Shown here one piece after another: positions 29,878-40,245 of a stretch of 64,000 nucleotides of DNA. The stretch is taken from positions 25,794-89,793 of the forward strand of contig CAYZNM010000010.1 of assembly GCA_964479875.1 (NCBI GenBank). Reading direction: 5' to 3'. The DNA comes from an uncultured Eubacteriales bacterium. Lineage in GTDB: Bacteria > Bacillota > Clostridia > Monoglobales > CAYZNM01. Numbering within the stretch: the first letter of the stretch is position 1; every line of letters starts with the position of its first letter. The notes under the pieces are model-generated. The model ran no database searches, was not told where the DNA came from, and worked only from the letters and a program-made list of their open reading frames with translations. The position numbers were made by a program, and so were the translations under genes.

Positions 29878-30588
29878 ATGCAAAACCAAACAGTGCTTGT
29901 AGTGGACGACGACAAGGAGATTGTGCAGGCGATTGCCATTATGCTTAAGCAGGAGGGATATAACGTCGTAAAGGCGTACGACGGATTGCAGGCGCTCGAC
30001 ATGATGGTGTCGCAACCGATTCAGCTTGTGATAATCGATGTGATGATGCCGCGGCTTGACGGACTTTCGGCTATAATGAAGCTGCGTGAACGCGCCAACA
30101 TACCTATTATAGTGCTGTCTGCAAAATCGGAGGACAGCGACAAGGTTTTGGGGCTATCCATAGGCGCGGACGATTATGTGACAAAGCCGTATAATCCAGC
30201 AGAACTTGCCGCACGCGTAAAGTCCGCGCTGCGCCGATATATGATGTTAGGCGGAATCGACACGCTGCGCGAGAACAGCGCGACAATCGGGCGGCTAACC
30301 TTCGACTTTGACAAGCGAATGCTTTTCGCCGACGGCGAGCATATTCCGCTGACGGCGACCGAAACAGGCATACTCGAGCTGCTTATGCGAAACCCAGGCC
30401 GAATATTCCCTGCCGAGGAAATCTACGAGCGCGTATGGGGCGAAGCTGCCTTTTCTCCCGAAAACACAGTCATGGTGCACATTCGCCGAATTCGCGCCAA
30501 GATTGAGATTAACCCGAAGGAACCCGAATACCTAAAAGTTGTGTGGGGAATCGGATACAAAATGGAGCAAGTAGGAGTGAGGAATTAA
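29878..30588 (+). CDS. OmpR family response regulator
   Basis: VVDDD, DVMMP, GADDYVTKP, VWGIGYK. Confidence 0.95.
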   Translation: MQNQTVLVVDDDKEIVQAIAIMLKQEGYNVVKAYDGLQALDMMVSQPIQLVIIDVMMPRLDGLSAIMKLRERANIPIIVLSAKSEDSDKVLGLSIGADDYVTKPYNPAELAARVKSALRRYMMLGGIDTLRENSATIGRLTFDFDKRMLFADGEHIPLTATETGILELLMRNPGRIFPAEEIYERVWGEAAFSPENTVMVHIRRIRAKIEINPKEPEYLKVVWGIGYKMEQVGVRN

Positions 30589-30590
30589 GA

Positions 30591-32906
30591 ATGGAGAACG
30601 AGATGGATAATGAGAATGAGGTAGTTGTGCCGAAGGCTAAGGTTAAGTTTCTTGATGTAATTTATTTGAGGTGGGTTAAGCTGCTTGTTGCGGCGGCAGT
30701 GGTTGCGTGCGTGATGATAGGTATGTCTATATTCGTTGATATAGTGAACATAGTGCAAGTGGCCGAAGGCGACTTAGAGGTTATAATACAGCCGGATTAT
30801 TTGAAAAGCGCGACACTGCGCGAGAGGTTTCGCTCTATTGCGTACGACGTAGGCAATATTGCGTTCAGGTACAAAGACGATAATAATATAAAAAACGACG
30901 GCACGTTGGACTACACCAACTATCAAGATTCCATTTATTTTTTGTATAATGAAAAGGAATCAAATGGATTTAGCGACCTTGAAGCGGACGAAAGAGATTT
31001 ATTCATAGGCAACTATCAGCAGGACAAGGACTATTTCGCCAAATACTATGCCGATGAAATCAAGACATTGCGCGACGACTACATCAGAGACGAAGCGGCG
31101 AACTTTTACGCACTGATGAATCAACTGTCAAAAAGCGGAGTTAGATATTACGCACTGGAGCGCGACGGAGTTGCACCCCATTTAAACTTCTATCCCAATA
31201 GTAAACTTTCTACCTCTGATGTTTACAAGGAAGCGATAATGGAACATAAGGCTTACTGCCTTATCGAAAACAGCACAATGACTATATCAGGAACAAAAGT
31301 CCGAGGAGTTTTTTACATGTCCGACGGTTACTATTCCTACAGAACTAACAGAAACGGTTCATACTCAAACGCAAGAGTAAACTTCGGCGAAAAGGTCTAT
31401 ATCGCGCTGGACGACGATGAATTCGAGAAAAGCGCGGAAATATGGTCGCTCACGCACGAAAGTGCGCGGCAGCGGTTTATCAATATGACGATACTGCTGC
31501 TTATCGCCCTTGCAGGAATTGTGCTGCTGGGAATTACGGCAGGCAGAAAGTCGCGGCGAGGCGAGCTATGCTATGCAGCGTGGGACAAAGTCTACCCCGA
31601 GGTGCAGGCGGCATTGGCAGTCGCCGCGGTTGCGTGGATATTTGTGCTTGCAGTCGAGCTTTACAACAGCATTGATTATGGATACGACAACTTTTATTAC
31701 GTGATGTTGTATTTCGCCTTTGCGTTAAGCGCCGCCGTTACGCTGGCGATATATACTTCATTAATACGACTGCTTAAAGGCGGAAAGTTTTTCCGAAGCA
31801 TGGTGTCAGTGCGGGTTTTACTATGGCTGCTACGTTCTGTTGGCAGATTCTTTAAGGGAATTGCAGGAGCATTCACAGGCAGCGCGTACACGAAATATCC
31901 GCTTGCCGCGAATATGCGTATGCGTCATTTAATATTTGTAATTGCAGAAGGAATAGTTGTGATATTATTTTTATCAGCTGTCAGTGATTCGCCAGGCGGT
32001 GCATTCTTCATGATGCTGATTGGGCTTGCGATATTTATTGCGTACATCTACGGGATAAATAAAACTATAGCAGATATGACAAAGCTTGTGCTTAACATCG
32101 AGCAGGTGCGCGGCGGCAAATACGGCGACCTCTACCCCATAAGCGAAAAGTCACAGCTTTACGCCGCAAGCGAATCCCTAAGCAAAGTCAGCGAAGGAAT
32201 CGAGCAGACTGTGCGTGACAAGGTGAAGGCGGAGCGCATGAAGGTTGAGCTTGTCGCGAACATCTCCCACGACCTAAAAACGCCGCTCACTTCCATAATA
32301 AGCTACGCCGAGCTGCTTGCGAAGGAGGAGGGCTTGCCCAAGCATGTGGAGGAATACGCTCATGTGCTTTCTGCGAAATCGCAGCGGCTCAAGGTGATAA
32401 TCGAGGACTTATTCACCATAGCCAAGGCGACAAGCGGCAACATCGTAATCGAAGCCGAGCGGCTCGACTTCACGCGGTTGCTAAAGCAAACGCTCGCGGA
32501 CATGGAGGAAGCAATAGCCACATCGGGGCTTATATTTAAAACAGACATTCCCGAAGCACCTGTCTACATTTACAGCGACGGCAAAAAGATGTACCGCGTA
32601 TTCCAGAACCTAATCGTCAATGCTATAAAGTATAGCTTGCACGGCACGCGCGTGTATGTGTCGCTTACGACCGACGGCGTAATGGCGACAGCTTCAATCA
32701 AAAACACGGCGAACTACGAGATGAATTTCAACACGGACGAAATAACCGAACGCTTCACGCGCGGCGATTCCGCACGCTCCACCGAAGGCAACGGCCTTGG
32801 CTTATCCATAGCCAAAAGCTTCACCGAAGGCTGCGGCGGCACATTTAAGGTGCGCACTGACGCGGACTTGTTCACGGCTTCCGTTACGTTCGGGCTGTGC
32901 GATTGA
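30591..32906 (+). CDS. Membrane sensor histidine kinase
   Basis: SHDLKTPLTSI H-box, NAIKY, GNGLGLSI; multi-TM N-terminus. Confidence 0.93.
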   Translation: MENEMDNENEVVVPKAKVKFLDVIYLRWVKLLVAAAVVACVMIGMSIFVDIVNIVQVAEGDLEVIIQPDYLKSATLRERFRSIAYDVGNIAFRYKDDNNIKNDGTLDYTNYQDSIYFLYNEKESNGFSDLEADERDLFIGNYQQDKDYFAKYYADEIKTLRDDYIRDEAANFYALMNQLSKSGVRYYALERDGVAPHLNFYPNSKLSTSDVYKEAIMEHKAYCLIENSTMTISGTKVRGVFYMSDGYYSYRTNRNGSYSNARVNFGEKVYIALDDDEFEKSAEIWSLTHESARQRFINMTILLLIALAGIVLLGITAGRKSRRGELCYAAWDKVYPEVQAALAVAAVAWIFVLAVELYNSIDYGYDNFYYVMLYFAFALSAAVTLAIYTSLIRLLKGGKFFRSMVSVRVLLWLLRSVGRFFKGIAGAFTGSAYTKYPLAANMRMRHLIFVIAEGIVVILFLSAVSDSPGGAFFMMLIGLAIFIAYIYGINKTIADMTKLVLNIEQVRGGKYGDLYPISEKSQLYAASESLSKVSEGIEQTVRDKVKAERMKVELVANISHDLKTPLTSIISYAELLAKEEGLPKHVEEYAHVLSAKSQRLKVIIEDLFTIAKATSGNIVIEAERLDFTRLLKQTLADMEEAIATSGLIFKTDIPEAPVYIYSDGKKMYRVFQNLIVNAIKYSLHGTRVYVSLTTDGVMATASIKNTANYEMNFNTDEITERFTRGDSARSTEGNGLGLSIAKSFTEGCGGTFKVRTDADLFTASVTFGLCD

Positions 32907-32923
32907 TTATATCAACAAAAAAC

Positions 32924-32954
32924 AAACACGGGCGCATACTATCCGCCCGTGTTT
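32924..32954. terminator. Bidirectional terminator (REP-like core)
   Basis: AAACACGGGCG/CGCCCGTGTTT. Confidence 0.65.
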
Positions 32955-32957
32955 AAT

Positions 32958-34673
32958 TTATTCCTTAGTTATAACATATCTACCGCCGGAGGGCACTGTG
33001 AATGTCACCTTGCCTTTGCTTACTTCGGCTGCGTCTACTTCTTCAAGCAGGTTGTTGTCCTTGTCGTAGATTGACAGGCGCAATGTTTGACCGTTATACT
33101 TGTTGCCTACCCACAGTGTAAGCCCTAGCTCGAATGGGAACTCGCCCTTTTGCTTGAACTCAAGCTGCTTCACGCTTTTGCCGTCGGAAAGCTCGGTTAA
33201 AGCTTTCGTGCTTATAGCTTTTGCGCTTAGGTCTACGGTTTGTTGCGCTTTAGGCAGGTCTTTCACGGACGTGCCGCTGATTGTGATGGAGTGTGTGCCG
33301 AAGTCTAGGATTAAGTCTATGTCCTTGCCTTTGGCAGCGTTTAGCAGATTCGTGGGAAGGTTCGCGCTTGCCATTGGGATTACGACTGTGCCGCTGCCTG
33401 TAGCGTTATTGATTTGCGAAGCGATGTTTGCGATGACGTTTTCAGGCGCAGGAGTTGGCGCAGGAGTGGACGTAGGCGCGGATTCAACCTTTGGTGCAGG
33501 TGCATTCGTTTGAACAGGCGCAGGAATGTTCGGCTTATCCGCCGGAATCGCATTCCATTTTGCGTAAAGGGTTACATTGGCTGTTACCGTGTCTTTGTCG
33601 AAGTCCCATGCTGTCGCAAACGCGCTGTCCTTGTACCAACCGCCGAATGTGTAGCCATTTCTTGTGGGGTCGGTAGGTTTGGTTATTTTTGAACTTTCTT
33701 TTACTTTAGTTAAGCTTGCAACCGAACTGCCGCCGTTTGAATCGAAGGTAACATCATATGCCATGAAAAAGTAAAACCCTGCTCCGGCTGCAACTGTGTA
33801 GGTTTTGCCGAAATGTTCAGCTGCGATACTTGCGCCGCTGCTGTTGGTGAGGGTCTTGCCACCCTCGCCTGTGACTTTGGTTATTTTTTTGCCACCTTCT
33901 GTGTCTATGGTTTGGTCGTTGATTTTGGCTACATCGCTAAGGGTGTAGTCGTCGACTATATGCAGGGTTATGTCGGTTAAGGCGGAGCAGTTCCAGAACG
34001 CTTGGGCGCCTATGCTTGTCACGCTGCTCGGTATAGTCACCGAGGTTAAGGCGGAGCAGAAGGAGAACGCTTCGCTGCCTATGCTTGTCACGCTGCTCGG
34101 TATAGTCACCGAGGTTAATCTGTCGCAGCTCTGGAACGCTTGGTTGCCTATGCTTTCCACTCCGTTCGGTATAGTCACCGATGTTAAGCCGCCGCAGCCC
34201 ATGAACGCGTTGTTGCCTATGCTTGTAACGCCACTCGGTATAGTCACCGAGGTTAAGCCGCAGACGCCGAACGCGCTGTTTCCTATGCTTGTAACGCCAC
34301 TCGGTATAGTCACCGAGGTTAAGCCGCCGCAGGCGAAGAACGCGCTGTTGCCTATGCTTGTCACGCTGCTCGGTATAGTCACCGAGGTTAAGCCGGCGCA
34401 GTAGGAGAACGCGTCGTCACCTATGCTTGTCACGGTGTAGGTTATGCCGCCGTTAGTCACGGTAGAGGGAATGGTTATGCTGCCTGTCGTGTTCTGGGCG
34501 ATTGCTAGAGTATCATTGCCCACCTGCACAGTGCCTGTGCTGCCGCTCTCGGTCAGCACCTTGTATGTTATACCATCGACCGTGTGGGTATCACCCACAG
34601 TAGCATACGCGCTCGCGCTCCACAGTAGGGCTACTGCCATTGCTGCGACAAAGCTTAAAATTAACTTTTTCAT
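32958..34673 (-). CDS. BspA-type leucine-rich repeat surface protein with InlB B-repeat
   Basis: Signal peptide; TSVTIPSSVTSIGxxAFxxCxxL repeats; VTFDSNGG...PTRNGYTFGGWY...LYAKW. Confidence 0.9.
   Translation of the reverse strand: MKKLILSFVAAMAVALLWSASAYATVGDTHTVDGITYKVLTESGSTGTVQVGNDTLAIAQNTTGSITIPSTVTNGGITYTVTSIGDDAFSYCAGLTSVTIPSSVTSIGNSAFFACGGLTSVTIPSGVTSIGNSAFGVCGLTSVTIPSGVTSIGNNAFMGCGGLTSVTIPNGVESIGNQAFQSCDRLTSVTIPSSVTSIGSEAFSFCSALTSVTIPSSVTSIGAQAFWNCSALTDITLHIVDDYTLSDVAKINDQTIDTEGGKKITKVTGEGGKTLTNSSGASIAAEHFGKTYTVAAGAGFYFFMAYDVTFDSNGGSSVASLTKVKESSKITKPTDPTRNGYTFGGWYKDSAFATAWDFDKDTVTANVTLYAKWNAIPADKPNIPAPVQTNAPAPKVESAPTSTPAPTPAPENVIANIASQINNATGSGTVVIPMASANLPTNLLNAAKGKDIDLILDFGTHSITISGTSVKDLPKAQQTVDLSAKAISTKALTELSDGKSVKQLEFKQKGEFPFELGLTLWVGNKYNGQTLRLSIYDKDNNLLEEVDAAEVSKGKVTFTVPSGGRYVITKE
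33975..34435 (-). repeat. ~69-bp intragenic tandem repeat (about 7 LRR units)
   Basis: Recurrent CCTATGCTTGTCACGCTGCTCGGTATAGTCACCGAGGTTAA with short variable segments. Confidence 0.9.
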
Positions 34674-34860
34674 TTTTTCCTCCAATTGTTGTATTGTTGG
34701 AATTATAGCACAAATTTACTGCGGTGTCAACTTTTGTATTAACATTAGCCCATGCATATTGTTCAACATTTGTTCATTTCTTTTGGCTTGCATTTTGTTT
34801 TTTGTTGTAGTATAATAGTTACCATACTATGGTTAGACAAAATACCCAAAGGGGAGAGAA

Positions 34861-35826
34861 ATGATTAAGAGATTTGTTTTGTTTGCCGCTTTGCTTACGA
34901 TGTTGTGGGGCTGCGCGGCTAAGGATGTCGCAGTGATGACAGTTAACGGAGAGAATATTCCCAATTGGCAGTTTAAGCTGCAGTTTAATCTGCTGAAGCA
35001 GCAGCTTATACAGGAGCAAGGCTTTGTTGACGACGAAGAGTATTGGAACATGGAAATATCCGAAGGAATGACGGTTCGCGATTACATGAAGAAAACGGCT
35101 GTGGACTTTATGGTGTACGAGCAGTGCGTTATTCAGATGGCGAAGGACCGCAGTATCGCGCTGTCGCAAGCTGACTATGACACAATCAACGGCTACATCA
35201 CCGCGCAAAAAGACCAAGGCGGCGGCGACACATACTACGCGCAATGGCTTAAAGACAACGGCATTACAAAGGAACAGCATATAAAGCTGTATGAATCGAG
35301 CTTTTATTCCGAAAAGCTGAAGGAAAAGCTTGCCGCCGACATCACAGACGAGCAGCTGCGCGACTACTACAACAACACGATGGTTCGCGTAAAGCACGTG
35401 CTGCTTATCACGACCGACGCCGAAACAGGCTTATCCAAGTCCCAAGCCGAAATCGACGAGGTGAAGAAGAAGGCGGAAGCTATCCACAATTCAGCCGTAA
35501 ACGGCGCGGACTTTGACCTGCTTATCGAAGAAAACTCCGAAGACCCAGGCTCATTCTCAGTACCCGAGGGCTATCTCGTAGGACCTAACGGCGGATTCGT
35601 AAAACAGTTCGAGGAAGCCGCACTAGCATTAAAAGAAGGCGAAATCAGTGCTGTAGTTGAAACGCAATTCGGCTACCACATCATAAAGCGCGTTGAAAAT
35701 CCCGAAACCTACTTTGACGATAGCAAGGACGCGATAAAGAGCACGCTAATCGAAAACGAAATCACAAAAGTGACACAGCAAGCAGAAGTTGTAACCAACG
35801 AAGAAGAGCTTGCTAAGTGCCTATGA
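34861..35826 (+). CDS. prsA: PrsA-like parvulin peptidylprolyl isomerase lipoprotein
   Basis: Lipobox LWGC; RVKHVLL, SEDPGS, FEEAA, ETQFGYHIIK. Confidence 0.85.
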   Translation: MIKRFVLFAALLTMLWGCAAKDVAVMTVNGENIPNWQFKLQFNLLKQQLIQEQGFVDDEEYWNMEISEGMTVRDYMKKTAVDFMVYEQCVIQMAKDRSIALSQADYDTINGYITAQKDQGGGDTYYAQWLKDNGITKEQHIKLYESSFYSEKLKEKLAADITDEQLRDYYNNTMVRVKHVLLITTDAETGLSKSQAEIDEVKKKAEAIHNSAVNGADFDLLIEENSEDPGSFSVPEGYLVGPNGGFVKQFEEAALALKEGEISAVVETQFGYHIIKRVENPETYFDDSKDAIKSTLIENEITKVTQQAEVVTNEEELAKCL

Positions 35827-36762
35827 AATTAGCGCACGAATGATGTCGCTTTCGCTTGCGCCTATGATGTAGGACGCAACGTCGACGCCGTGAAGCCGCT
35901 GCGAAATCGCGGCGGCATTATGCTGCGCGCCTGATAGCAGCCGCTCCAGCCCTGATATGTCGGACACGGAGAAGAAGTCGCCTGTAATGCGGCAGCTTTG
36001 GATAATTCCGTTTGATATGCTAAGGCGCACTTGAATTAGTCCGCAGGGCATACGCACTTGATTTTCGTAGGTGTAGGGCGGCGAATCGCCGTAGTTCCAT
36101 TCCCAATGCCTGTATTTTTGGTCTGCCAAGGCTTTGGCGGATAAACATATGCTTTCGGGGATAGGGCTTGGTTTGTCGCCTGTGAAGTCTATGACCTTTT
36201 CTATGAAGGCTTCGATAGTCAAGCCGTTGAAGTCGCTTATGTTCGCGACGCGGCTGCGTATTGACGGAATTCCCTTGCTTATGTATTTTTGCGCGTCAGG
36301 GCTCAGCATTTCCGCTAAAATATCGAGGTTTGAGTTAAAAAGCAGCGTGCCGTGGCTAAGCAGTGTGCTTTTGCCGTAGAAGCACGCGCTGCCCGATACC
36401 TTTTTTCCATCGATAATTATGTCGTTGCGTGCAACCTGCACTCTTGGCAGCGACAATTCGCGCAGCATATCGGCGATAACGCGGCACGGGTCGCTTGTGT
36501 CGCTTTTTTCCATGAAAAAGCTGTAGTTGAGGTTGCCCATGTCGTGGTAGACAGCCCCGCCTCCGGATAATCGCCGCACCACAGCGGCATTATGGCGACG
36601 CACAGCGTCCTCCCTAACCTCCTGCGCGGTATTTTGGTTGCGCCCAACGATAACAGCGTTGTCGTTTTGCCAAAGCATTATTCCGCGGAAGCCATGATTC
36701 ATCAGCACCTCTTCCAAGGCGAGGTTGTAGTATGCGTCTGTCGATTCGTTTATGTAAAGCAT
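35821..36762 (-). CDS. lplA: Lipoate-protein ligase A
   Basis: NLALEE, VGRNQN, RRLSGGGAVYHDMGN, KKVSGSA, HGTLL. Confidence 0.92.
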   Translation of the reverse strand: MLYINESTDAYYNLALEEVLMNHGFRGIMLWQNDNAVIVGRNQNTAQEVREDAVRRHNAAVVRRLSGGGAVYHDMGNLNYSFFMEKSDTSDPCRVIADMLRELSLPRVQVARNDIIIDGKKVSGSACFYGKSTLLSHGTLLFNSNLDILAEMLSPDAQKYISKGIPSIRSRVANISDFNGLTIEAFIEKVIDFTGDKPSPIPESICLSAKALADQKYRHWEWNYGDSPPYTYENQVRMPCGLIQVRLSISNGIIQSCRITGDFFSVSDISGLERLLSGAQHNAAAISQRLHGVDVASYIIGASESDIIRALIS

Positions 36763-36890
36763 TTCTTGCTCCTTTAGGTAAGTATGAACGTTTTTATATA
36801 ATCTACAACATAATTCTATCAAATAAAACTAGCCTTGTCAAAGGAAATATAAATTACCGGATTTTACATAATTAAATTAAAGGGGAACAT

Positions 36891-37937
36891 ATGCAAGCCT
36901 TAATTAACACAAACGCCAACAATATAATAGCCGCCGCGCTGCAAAGCAGCTATTCCGCGTGGGGGTATTTCCCTGTCGACACCGACATAATTCAAGATTA
37001 CGAGATATTTAAAACATACGAGGGCGGCTCGAAGGGGATTATCAAGCTTATCGGCAGAGAGGGGCAGCTATTGGCACTGCGCCCTGAGTTAACCTCAACT
37101 ATCGCAAAAGCGATAAGCTACGGCGGCGGATTCACGCCTCCGCTTAGATTTTGCTACAGCGGAGCGATATTCCGCGACGGCGAGGGTGCGTACGCGAAAA
37201 AGCAGCTAATGCAATCCGGCGTCGAGCAAATAGGCAAAAGCGGTGCGGAAGCCGACGCCGAAGTTATCGCAATGCTTGCAAGCGCGATAAACTCCGCAGG
37301 TCTATCCAACTTCCAGCTCGACATAGGTCACAGCGGCATATGGCGCGGCATAATGGACTTAACGCCGCTGTCGCCCGAAATGAAGGAGCAAGCACGCCGA
37401 CACGCCGACAACAAAAGCATATTCGGCTTGCAAAAGATATTGGAAGGCAGCGGCGTTGACAAACGCTTGCGCGAGATAATATTGAGCTTGCCAAGCACAT
37501 TCGGCGACATAAGCGTAATAGCGCCGCTTCGCGATTACTGCAAGGGCGATTCCGCGTTAAGCGAGCTTTTCGCATACATGCAGCGGCTATGGGATTTATT
37601 GGGAGTGTACGGCTTGCAGGACATCTGCACCTTCGACCTAGGCATAGCGCGCGGTCTCGACTACTACACAGGTTTTATCGTAAAAGGATACGCAGCAGGC
37701 ATAGGCAAGCCGTTTTGCAGCGGCGGCAGATACGACAATCTGCTGGGCGAGTTCGGCACAAGCTACCCTGCGTGTGGATTCGCAATCGACGTGGATTCGC
37801 TTTCGCTTGCGATAAATTCTCCGCCGGCAGCTCCTACAGTTGACGCAACAGTGACATATCAGGTATTCAGCGAAAGCCAAGCGATAAAATCTGCCTCAAT
37901 GCTTCGCAAACGCGGCAACGCTGTTGTGATGGGATAA
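36891..37937 (+). CDS. hisZ: ATP phosphoribosyltransferase regulatory subunit HisZ-like
   Basis: LRPELTSTIA, QSGVEQIG, DAEVI, LDYYTG, GGRYDNL; no HisRS anticodon domain. Confidence 0.75.
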   Translation: MQALINTNANNIIAAALQSSYSAWGYFPVDTDIIQDYEIFKTYEGGSKGIIKLIGREGQLLALRPELTSTIAKAISYGGGFTPPLRFCYSGAIFRDGEGAYAKKQLMQSGVEQIGKSGAEADAEVIAMLASAINSAGLSNFQLDIGHSGIWRGIMDLTPLSPEMKEQARRHADNKSIFGLQKILEGSGVDKRLREIILSLPSTFGDISVIAPLRDYCKGDSALSELFAYMQRLWDLLGVYGLQDICTFDLGIARGLDYYTGFIVKGYAAGIGKPFCSGGRYDNLLGEFGTSYPACGFAIDVDSLSLAINSPPAAPTVDATVTYQVFSESQAIKSASMLRKRGNAVVMG

Positions 37938-37969
37938 ATTAAGTGTATTCAAGTAAACAAAATAAACCG

Positions 37970-38464
37970 ATGCAAAAATTCGATATAAAAAGCATAATAA
38001 CAGGAGCTGTAATCGGCGCGGCTGCGGTATCATGCGTATACGCGGCAAGCAGCATAAAGTCTGCGGCTTACAGCGACGCGAAAGTTTATTTTTACAACGA
38101 GCAAGTGCCGCTCAAGAATCAACTGGTTTCAATCCAAAAACAAGGCGACAATAACGCGCAGCTATACATGCCTGTTCGCGAGCTGCTTGAGTTCATGCAG
38201 TTCAACGTAGAGTATAAGAATAATTCGGTGTACCTCACCATGAACGGATACAACGGAAATAATTTTCAATCAACGGATACAACATTTGAAAATGATTTTG
38301 ACAGCAAAGCTTTGGAAATTATGCAAAAGTCAGGTAATTGGAGCTATATCGAACAATACCTACCCGATATGACTGAAGAAGGAATCAAAAAGGTTGTGGA
38401 GATATACAACTCCAAGCACCCGAATAAATCCGAGCACAAAAAAGCTTCCGACTACTTTGAATAA
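37970..38464 (+). CDS. Exported hypothetical protein (copper-amine-oxidase N-terminal-like segment)
   Basis: Signal peptide ending VYAA; LYMPVRELLEFM.FNVEY motif; start uncertain. Confidence 0.55.
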   Translation: MQKFDIKSIITGAVIGAAAVSCVYAASSIKSAAYSDAKVYFYNEQVPLKNQLVSIQKQGDNNAQLYMPVRELLEFMQFNVEYKNNSVYLTMNGYNGNNFQSTDTTFENDFDSKALEIMQKSGNWSYIEQYLPDMTEEGIKKVVEIYNSKHPNKSEHKKASDYFE

Positions 38465-38553
38465 ATCACGAACAAAAATATATAATGGAAGTTAGTCAAT
38501 ATTACTCTATTGCCATTTCTAAAATTAGATGATATAATAAAAATATGAATATA

Positions 38554-38628
38554 TAATCAAGCACGTTTCAACCAACTATAGCAGAAGTATGACGAATGCT
38601 GATAGAATCAAGGAAACGTGATTGACTA
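38554..38628. mobile_element. 75-bp MITE-like element, copy 2
   Basis: Imperfect 16-bp terminal inverted repeat; 61/75 identity with 19561-19635. Confidence 0.55.
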
Positions 38629-38648
38629 GCAGGGAGCTTCAAGGTTAA

Positions 38649-39245
38649 ATGAATATACTTGCGATTGACACAAGCACGGCGACATTGTCCGTGGCACTGC
38701 TCAAGGATAACGCCATAAAGTGCGAATACAACATCAGCAACAGAAAGACGCACACCAACTTGCTGCTTCCGATTATCAGCGAGATACTTAGTATGCACAG
38801 CACGGCGGTGGAGGACCTGCAAGCCATAGCCTACACCGACGGCTTCGGCTCATACACAGGCGTGCGCATTGGCAAGGCTACGGCCTTCGGGCTTAGCGTT
38901 GCGCACAATGTAGAGCTTGTCGAAATACAGACGCTGTATGCGCTTGCATATCCGCACTTCGGTTACGGCGGCACTGTCGCGCCTTTAATTGACGCGCGCA
39001 ACAAACGCGTTTACTGCGCACAATATTTGCGCGGCGAACAAATCGGCGACGCGGAAGCACTGCCGTTGGAGGAATTCATGGCTAAGCTACCTCCCGGCGA
39101 AGTATTATTTACAGGCGACGGAGCTGCCAAGTACAAACAGGACATACTGGAAATCCGTGAGGGCGCGGCATTCGCGCCGATAGACAACAGCTTCATCAAA
39201 GCAGGAACAGTCGCGGTAATCGCGTCCGAGAAACTTAATAAATAA
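38649..39245 (+). CDS. tsaB: tRNA threonylcarbamoyladenosine biosynthesis protein TsaB
   Basis: ILAIDTS, GSYTGVRIG, IDARNKRVY. Confidence 0.92.
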   Translation: MNILAIDTSTATLSVALLKDNAIKCEYNISNRKTHTNLLLPIISEILSMHSTAVEDLQAIAYTDGFGSYTGVRIGKATAFGLSVAHNVELVEIQTLYALAYPHFGYGGTVAPLIDARNKRVYCAQYLRGEQIGDAEALPLEEFMAKLPPGEVLFTGDGAAKYKQDILEIREGAAFAPIDNSFIKAGTVAVIASEKLNK

Positions 39246-39293
39246 AAGATTGAATCGGCAGCGAAAATGCCGAAAAAAGGAGAAGGACTTACA

Positions 39294-39737
39294 ATGCTAG
39301 TAGCCATAGGAAACGACCATTGCGGCGTCAGTATGAAGGAGGAACTCGCTGAGTACCTCCAGAGCGAGGGGCACGGAGTAATCGACTGCGGCATAGCCGA
39401 AGACGAAGAAGCGGACTACCCCGACGTCGCACATACCACAATAAAAACATACTTCCAAGACAGCGACACAGACTTTATAATCTTAATCTGCGGCACAGGC
39501 ACAGGCGTTTGCATAGCTGCAAACAAGCATAAAGGCATACGCGCCGCCGTTACAAATGACGCAGAAGCCGCACGCCTTGCCAAAGAGCATAACCACGCAA
39601 ACTGCATATGCCTAGGCGCACGCGTGATAGACATCGAAGCAGCCAAAGCGATTATCAAAGCCTACGTTGACGCGAAAGAATTGGAGGGCAGGCACTCACG
39701 CAGAGTGGCAAAGCTTGCCGACATCGAGAATACGTGA
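39294..39737 (+). CDS. rpiB: Ribose-5-phosphate isomerase B
   Basis: GNDHCG, DYPD, CGTGTG, ANKHKGIRAA, GRHSRRV. Confidence 0.92.
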   Translation: MLVAIGNDHCGVSMKEELAEYLQSEGHGVIDCGIAEDEEADYPDVAHTTIKTYFQDSDTDFIILICGTGTGVCIAANKHKGIRAAVTNDAEAARLAKEHNHANCICLGARVIDIEAAKAIIKAYVDAKELEGRHSRRVAKLADIENT

Positions 39738-39750
39738 AAGCCGGGAACCT

Positions 39751-40245
39751 ATGACTAACAGAAGAGATAAACATAACTATTACCTTGACATTGCGATGAC
39801 TGTAGCCGAGCGCAGCACATGTATGCGCCGTATGTACGGCTCGATAATCGTCAAGGAAGATGAAATAATATCGACAGGCTATTGCGGCTCTCCGCGCGGC
39901 GCAAGCAATTGCTGCGACATAGGCGTATGCCTGCGCGAAAGCATGAACGTGCCGCGAGGGCAGCGTTACGAAATCTGCCGCAGCGTCCACGCCGAAGCCA
40001 ATTGCATAATCAGCGCAGCACGCCGCGACATGCAAGGCTCCGCGCTATACTTAGTAGGAATCGACTCTAAAACAAAAGAGTTGCTCCACGACGCCGAAAA
40101 TTGCTCAATGTGCCGCCGCCTCATCATCAACAGCGGCATAGAGAAGGTATTTATCCGCCGCACGATGGATACTTTCGCCGTGCATGAAGTGCAAAAATGG
40201 ATTGACACCGACGACTACATCAACACGGAAGCATTGAAGCCATGA
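39751..40245 (+). CDS. dCMP deaminase family protein
   Basis: RSTC, HAEAN, CSMC zinc motifs. Confidence 0.88.
   Translation: MTNRRDKHNYYLDIAMTVAERSTCMRRMYGSIIVKEDEIISTGYCGSPRGASNCCDIGVCLRESMNVPRGQRYEICRSVHAEANCIISAARRDMQGSALYLVGIDSKTKELLHDAENCSMCRRLIINSGIEKVFIRRTMDTFAVHEVQKWIDTDDYINTEALKP

Noticed and set aside
33975-34435. Regular repeat with variable inserts resembling a CRISPR array or DGR
   Set aside because: In-frame LRR coding repeats; no cas genes, reverse transcriptase or template repeat in the window
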